Assembly: GCA_002269645.1 (NCBI GenBank)
Contig: NIVC01000111.1
Span: forward strand, 289,633 to 353,632
Source: Macrostomum lignano
Taxonomy: Eukaryota
Reading direction: 5' to 3'
Length of the DNA stretch: 64,000 nt
Both the position numbers and the translations under genes were made by a program. This document shows, piece by piece, positions 59,509 through 64,000 of this stretch. Under the pieces are notes generated by a model. It ran no database searches, was not told the DNA's origin, and worked only from the letters and a program-made list of their open reading frames with translations. Numbering within the stretch: position 1 is the first letter of the stretch; every line of letters starts with the position of its first letter.

Positions 59509-59628
59509 TTAATGCGAACGCAATAAAATGCAATATCGCCTTAATAAAAATGTTCCTAGCATCTTTAATAAGTGAAATATTAATTGGAAACATCTCACAG
59601 TGCTTGCAGATTTTCGATCTACATAAAA
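59509..59628 (-). CDS. ARHGEF39-like RhoGEF, tentative terminal exon
   Basis: aattcag|TTT TAT in phase 0; stop TAA overlaps ATTAAA; no recognisable motif. Confidence 0.4.
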   Translation of the reverse strand, partial: FYVDRKSASTVRCFQLIFHLLKMLGTFLLRRYCILLRSH

Positions 59629-59639
59629 CTGAATTTGAA

Positions 59640-60001
59640 ACTGGGAAGTGTGGCGCCACACTGAGGCATGACAGCTGGGGAATATGGCGCCACACTGAGG
59701 CATGACAGCTAGGGAATGTGGCGCCACATTGAGGCATGGCAGCTGGGGAATGTGGCGCCACATTGAGGCATGGCAGCTAGGGAATGTGGCGCCACACTGA
59801 AGCATGGCAGCTGGGGAATGTGGCGCCACACTGAAGCATGGCAGCTGGGAAATGTGGCGCCACATAGAAGCATGACAGCTAGGGAATGTGGCGCCACACT
59901 GAAGCATGGCAGCTGGGAAATGTCTTGCCACACTGTGGCATGATAGCTGGGGAATGTGGCGCCACACTGAGGCATAGCAGCTAGGGAATGTGGCGCCACA
60001 C
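59640..60001. repeat. 35-bp minisatellite starting at the RhoGEF splice donor
   Basis: Unit GGAATGTGGCGCCACACTGAAGCATGGCAGCTG(G/A)G. Confidence 0.95.
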
Positions 60002-60038
60002 CTCCTGGCGGCGCTTGCGGTCAAGGCGGCGCTCGAAC
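60002..60038 (-). CDS. ARHGEF39-like RhoGEF micro-exon
   Basis: cacag|G TTC GAG (RFERRLDRKRRQE), donor GAG|gtgtgg; phase matches the previous exon. Confidence 0.6.
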
Positions 60039-60124
60039 CTGTGGGGTCGATGTTTTTTGGTACATGGTATTGTGATGAATTGGTAACTCACACCGATTGG
60101 ACTGGATGAGTTGGCTGACGACCA

Positions 60125-60482
<358 letters not shown>

Positions 60483-60488
60483 GCTCAC

Positions 60489-60788
60489 CTAGCGAACTGC
60501 GCCCCCCGCATGGGCCGCTTAGCGCTGCTCTCCTTCCTCAGGCTGAGCCGATCCGCCAGCAGCCGCTGCACGGCCAGCTCGATGGCGGAGATCCAGGCCT
60601 CGGCTTGTTCCGCATCCGGGCAGAACAGCAATAGCCGCTGGGAGCGGCAGGTCACGCAGAACAGGCTGGGCGCGCCGTCTTCAAACAGGCGTTCAACCCG
60701 GCAGTGGTGCAGGGGGAACACGGAGCAGCAGGTGGAGTCTGGCGGCGGTCGGGCGTAGAGAAGGATGTCGGTGAACAGCATCACGTCC
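60489..60788 (-). CDS. ARHGEF39: DH-PH RhoGEF (ARHGEF39-like), PH exon
   Basis: [14 protein letters not shown]...[16 protein letters not shown]...EAWISAI...[12 protein letters not shown]; donor AG|gtgagc. Confidence 0.8.
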
Positions 60789-60859
60789 CTGGGTAGCGGC
60801 GGAGGGAGACAAATTTTTTTAACCGCGAATTGTATTTAGCTAGTATGCTTTAGAGCAGA

Positions 60860-61146
60860 CGGTGTAAAAGAGGGGAAACAGAGGGTGTGGAAGAGGGGGA
60901 ACAGAGGGTGTGGAAGAGGGGGAACAGAGGGTGTGGAAGAGGGGGGGCAGAGGGTGTGAAAGAGGGGGAACAGAGGGTGTGGAAGAGGGGGAACAGAGGG
61001 TGTGGAAGAGGGGGGCAGAGGGTGTGAAAGAGGGGGAACAGAGGGTGTGGAAGAGGGGGGGCAGAGGGTGTGGAAGAGGGGGAACAGAGGGTGTGGAAGA
61101 GGGGCAACAGAGGGTGTGGAAGAGGGGCAACAGAGGGTGTGGAAGC
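60860..61146. repeat. ~23-bp purine-rich minisatellite
   Basis: Unit AGAGGGTGTGGAAGAGGGGGAAC. Confidence 0.93.
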
Positions 61147-61149
61147 TAT

Positions 61150-62400
61150 GATGAGAGTAGAATCGGCAATTGATACGCTTTTCGGATCCACTGTAGCGTC
61201 CGTAATGTGAGCCACTGTCCATCCTCCCTACAGGTGACAATTGAAAGATAGTTGCGCCCTGGTTGTGTGCGAGAGGTTTGACTCCCACTGGCATGTAGTC
61301 TGTCACAGCTGCTTAGTGTGTCAACGGGCTGAACGATTCTATCGTCATATTTGACGCTTAGAAGCATAAATCAGCCAACCATATTGTTTGGCACAGCTGG
61401 GTGTCTAGACGGAGACTGTGGCATAGTTCCAAATAGCTCTAACTGGCCCAGTATTCAAAGCAGCTTTCCTATTAAGACAGACGCTAATTGACTCTCTTGA
61501 CTCTCTTCGTCAAGAAGTTCAGCAACCGCGTCTTCAAGGGCATGTTATCGAAATCTACCCAGCACCAGCACTTTTCTGGCGTCAGGTCGCCAAGAAGACA
61601 AACATCTTCGATGAGCCAGCGTTCCCCTGATGACTAAGTTGGCACAAGCTGTCATGACTTTCTTCCATGCCAACAGCTTAGGCAGTCCAGGAAATTCTGG
61701 GCGGCTCCGATATGGGCCCTGCAGCCGGATTCGGACGATGAGTGCGACCGTCGGGCTCCACAATCAGGCCCAAGCGCATCCTCCACATTTTTCATCCAAG
61801 GGCGTATTAGCGCCGGTCAAACCAACCAACTGCACCACAGCATGCAATCGGTTTTGGCTGTGCATTCGTCGAGCGCCCAGCAAGGCAGATCTGGAGTCAC
61901 CATTTGTGACACTGATCCAGCTTTCAAAGATGTTTTGGTGAGCGCATAGCGAGGCTCGACGACAAGTCCGTGCAGCTATAACACCGCTAAACTGGAGACT
62001 GTCCAGGGATACTGCAAGCACGATAACGCGTCAGTAAGCTTCGATGAATTGAGGAAGGCCTTCGGTCGCTGCCGCGAATTGGTTATTTTTCAATCTCGGC
62101 CAAGAAGACAGCGGATCAGTTGAAGACGCGACGAATCGCTATGGGTCATCACGTCCAAGCTGGCGAAATGAGGAGCCGACTTCCGGAAACCGGAACTCGC
62201 GCAAAAGACACCGTCAACAAGATACAGATCTTCCTGATGAGCTTGCGCATGACCCGGTGCCCGGTATCCGGGGCAGTCCGGGTCGGGCGCAAATGTCTAC
62301 TGACGGCGAATTACTTGAGGAGGGAAATGCGGACCATGTCGATGATTGAGTGCATGACGGCACCATCGCATGTATTGCAAGTGATTTCTAACTTTTGTTA
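61150..62400 (-). mobile_element. Possible highly degenerate non-LTR retroelement remnant in the RhoGEF intron
   Basis: Complex GC-moderate sequence with broken frames; VLAVSLD resembles an RT motif; nothing else diagnostic. Confidence 0.25.
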
Positions 62401-62724
62401 AGGTAAATGTATATCAAGACGTATACGGCTTGAAAAAAAGCTTATGGTAGAAGTCGACCTGCCCATCCGAGTGTCATTGAGAAGGTCAGAAACGTTATCG
62501 ATAGCATTTTTGTATTTTGGAATGTTGAAATAGAAAGATACAATTTACAGTTGTGTACAACAGAGTTTAATATTTCTCTTCGAGAACGGCTAAATCGAAT
62601 TCGATTCCATTCGTATTCGTGGAAAATTAGAGAAGGATTTAAATCGACACAGGAGACGCAAATGAAAACAAAAAAACTTAGACAAAGAATTGGGCAGACC
62701 GGATGACAGAGGGGAGAGAGAGAG

Positions 62725-62758
<34 letters not shown>

Positions 62759-62971
62759 GACGGAAGGACGGCGACAGGCGTACACTGGTACTGACAGACT
62801 TCCATTGGAGCAACGCTTTAGAGCTCGGTTGCCAGGCAACTAACATCGCATGCTGTATTATTTTTAGCCTAGTCTGCAGAAGCCTCAGCGCTTCAAAATG
62901 CAAGCGCAAACGCGGAGACAACAATGACAGAATACAGTTGATGGTAGGGCAGGGATGAGAGAGAATGGAAA

Positions 62972-62990
62972 CGGACAGACAGACAGACAG

Positions 62991-63045
<55 letters not shown>

Positions 63046-63064
63046 CACAGACAGACAGACAGAT

Positions 63065-63149
<85 letters not shown>

Positions 63150-63185
63150 GGCAGGCAGGCAGGCAGACAGACAGACAGACAGGCA
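62972..63185. repeat. (CAGA)n microsatellite; a (GA)n tract lies at about 62705-62755
   Basis: Simple repeats. Confidence 0.95.
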
Positions 63186-63290
63186 GGCAGAGAAGCAGAT
63201 GACAAAGCTAGAACCACATGGGAAAGCCCCAATCCAGAACCACAAGCAAGCAGAGACACAGGCAAGGACGCCCAAGCCAAGGACGCTCAC

Positions 63291-63554
63291 CTCTCCCTGG
63301 CCTGTCCGCCAGCCCTGTCCACCTTCTTCAGCTGTCCGCGTTTAACGAGAGTTCGACCGGGCGCCAGCAGCTTGGGGGCGCTGCGCAGAGATCGCTGGAC
63401 AGCCAGCAGCTCCTCGGCGCTCTGCTGCGATCGCACCGTGTCGTTGATGTGCCTGCAACTCTCGGACACCTGAGCAACGCTGCGCTGCAGTGTCGGATAG
63501 TCCGGGTGGCCAGTGGGGGTGCAGCGGAGCAGCTGGGTGAGCAGGAGCTCGTAT
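63291..63554 (-). CDS. ARHGEF39: DH-PH RhoGEF (ARHGEF39-like), DH C-terminus and PH start; upstream exons lie beyond the window
   Basis: cgcag|A TAC GAG; RYELLLTQLLRCTPTGHPDYPTL...HINDTVR...LLAPGRTLVKRGQLKKV; donor AG|gtgagc. Confidence 0.85.
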
Positions 63555-63894
63555 CTGCGTGTGAGGCGGCAGCAGTTGTGATTTAATAATTGTTGTGTGC
63601 TGAGAGGTTTGTGCCGCTCTGAGAGGAAAAGCTGTTTCGTGGCCATATTTTGTTCTGAGAGATGGTGGACCGCCCCTGAAGGGGCGCAATTTGCTAGTCC
63701 ACATAACTAAATTTCACTATGTTCGGCTGGTCATAATCAGCGTTTTAAAACGAGCCACTTAACTAAACTTCTAAAGATTTGAATTTTTGCCGGCCCGAAG
63801 CTGAGGTACTATCAAAATGTTTAGATATGTCCTATAATGTCTTTGAGGTGTCTTTTAAGTTGGAATCTGTTTTAAAATAATACTGGGGTTCAGA

Positions 63895-64000
63895 CTGTTC
63901 CATGTTGATGGGATCTGTTTCATGTTGATGGGATCTGTTCCATGTTGATGGGATCTGTTCATGTTGATGGGGATCTGTTCCATGTTGATGGATCTGTTCC
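63895..64000. repeat. 20-bp minisatellite running off the window end
   Basis: Unit GTTGATGGGATCTGTTCCAT. Confidence 0.85.

Overview
Eukaryotic (metazoan) genomic DNA with spliced, GC-rich exons and introns filled by tandem repeats. The style suggests a free-living flatworm such as Macrostomum; this is inference and cannot be verified here. Seven protein-coding genes were rebuilt by hand from GT-AG junctions and reading phase. (1) Last exon of a DHHC palmitoyltransferase (+, 341-1074). (2) A 2-exon M6PR/ATG27-like receptor (-, 5443-6956). (3) A 5-exon ACSL3/4-like acyl-CoA synthetase (+, 12025-17182). (4) A 9-exon Hsp110/HSPA4 (-, 19225-37242) with heat-shock elements upstream and a complete 8.2-kb Helitron in intron 1. 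(5) An 11-exon adaptor with a PH domain, a Tyr/Pro-rich linker and three degenerate SH2-like domains (+, 42793-51574; needs two 1-nt frameshift corrections). (6) An 8-exon uncharacterised 587-aa protein with about four internal repeats and a C-terminal CaaX (-, 53269-59213). (7) The 3' part of an ARHGEF39-like DH-PH RhoGEF (-, from about 59509 to beyond the window end). Also present: a 5'-truncated RTE-type LINE, a Harbinger-like remnant, a MITE, a SINE-like element carrying a long hairpin, and more than 30 mini/microsatellite arrays. Most introns carry their own private repeat unit. Several arrays begin exactly at a splice donor, and one pair is inverted around an exon. Most long ORFs in the supplied track are repeat artefacts.
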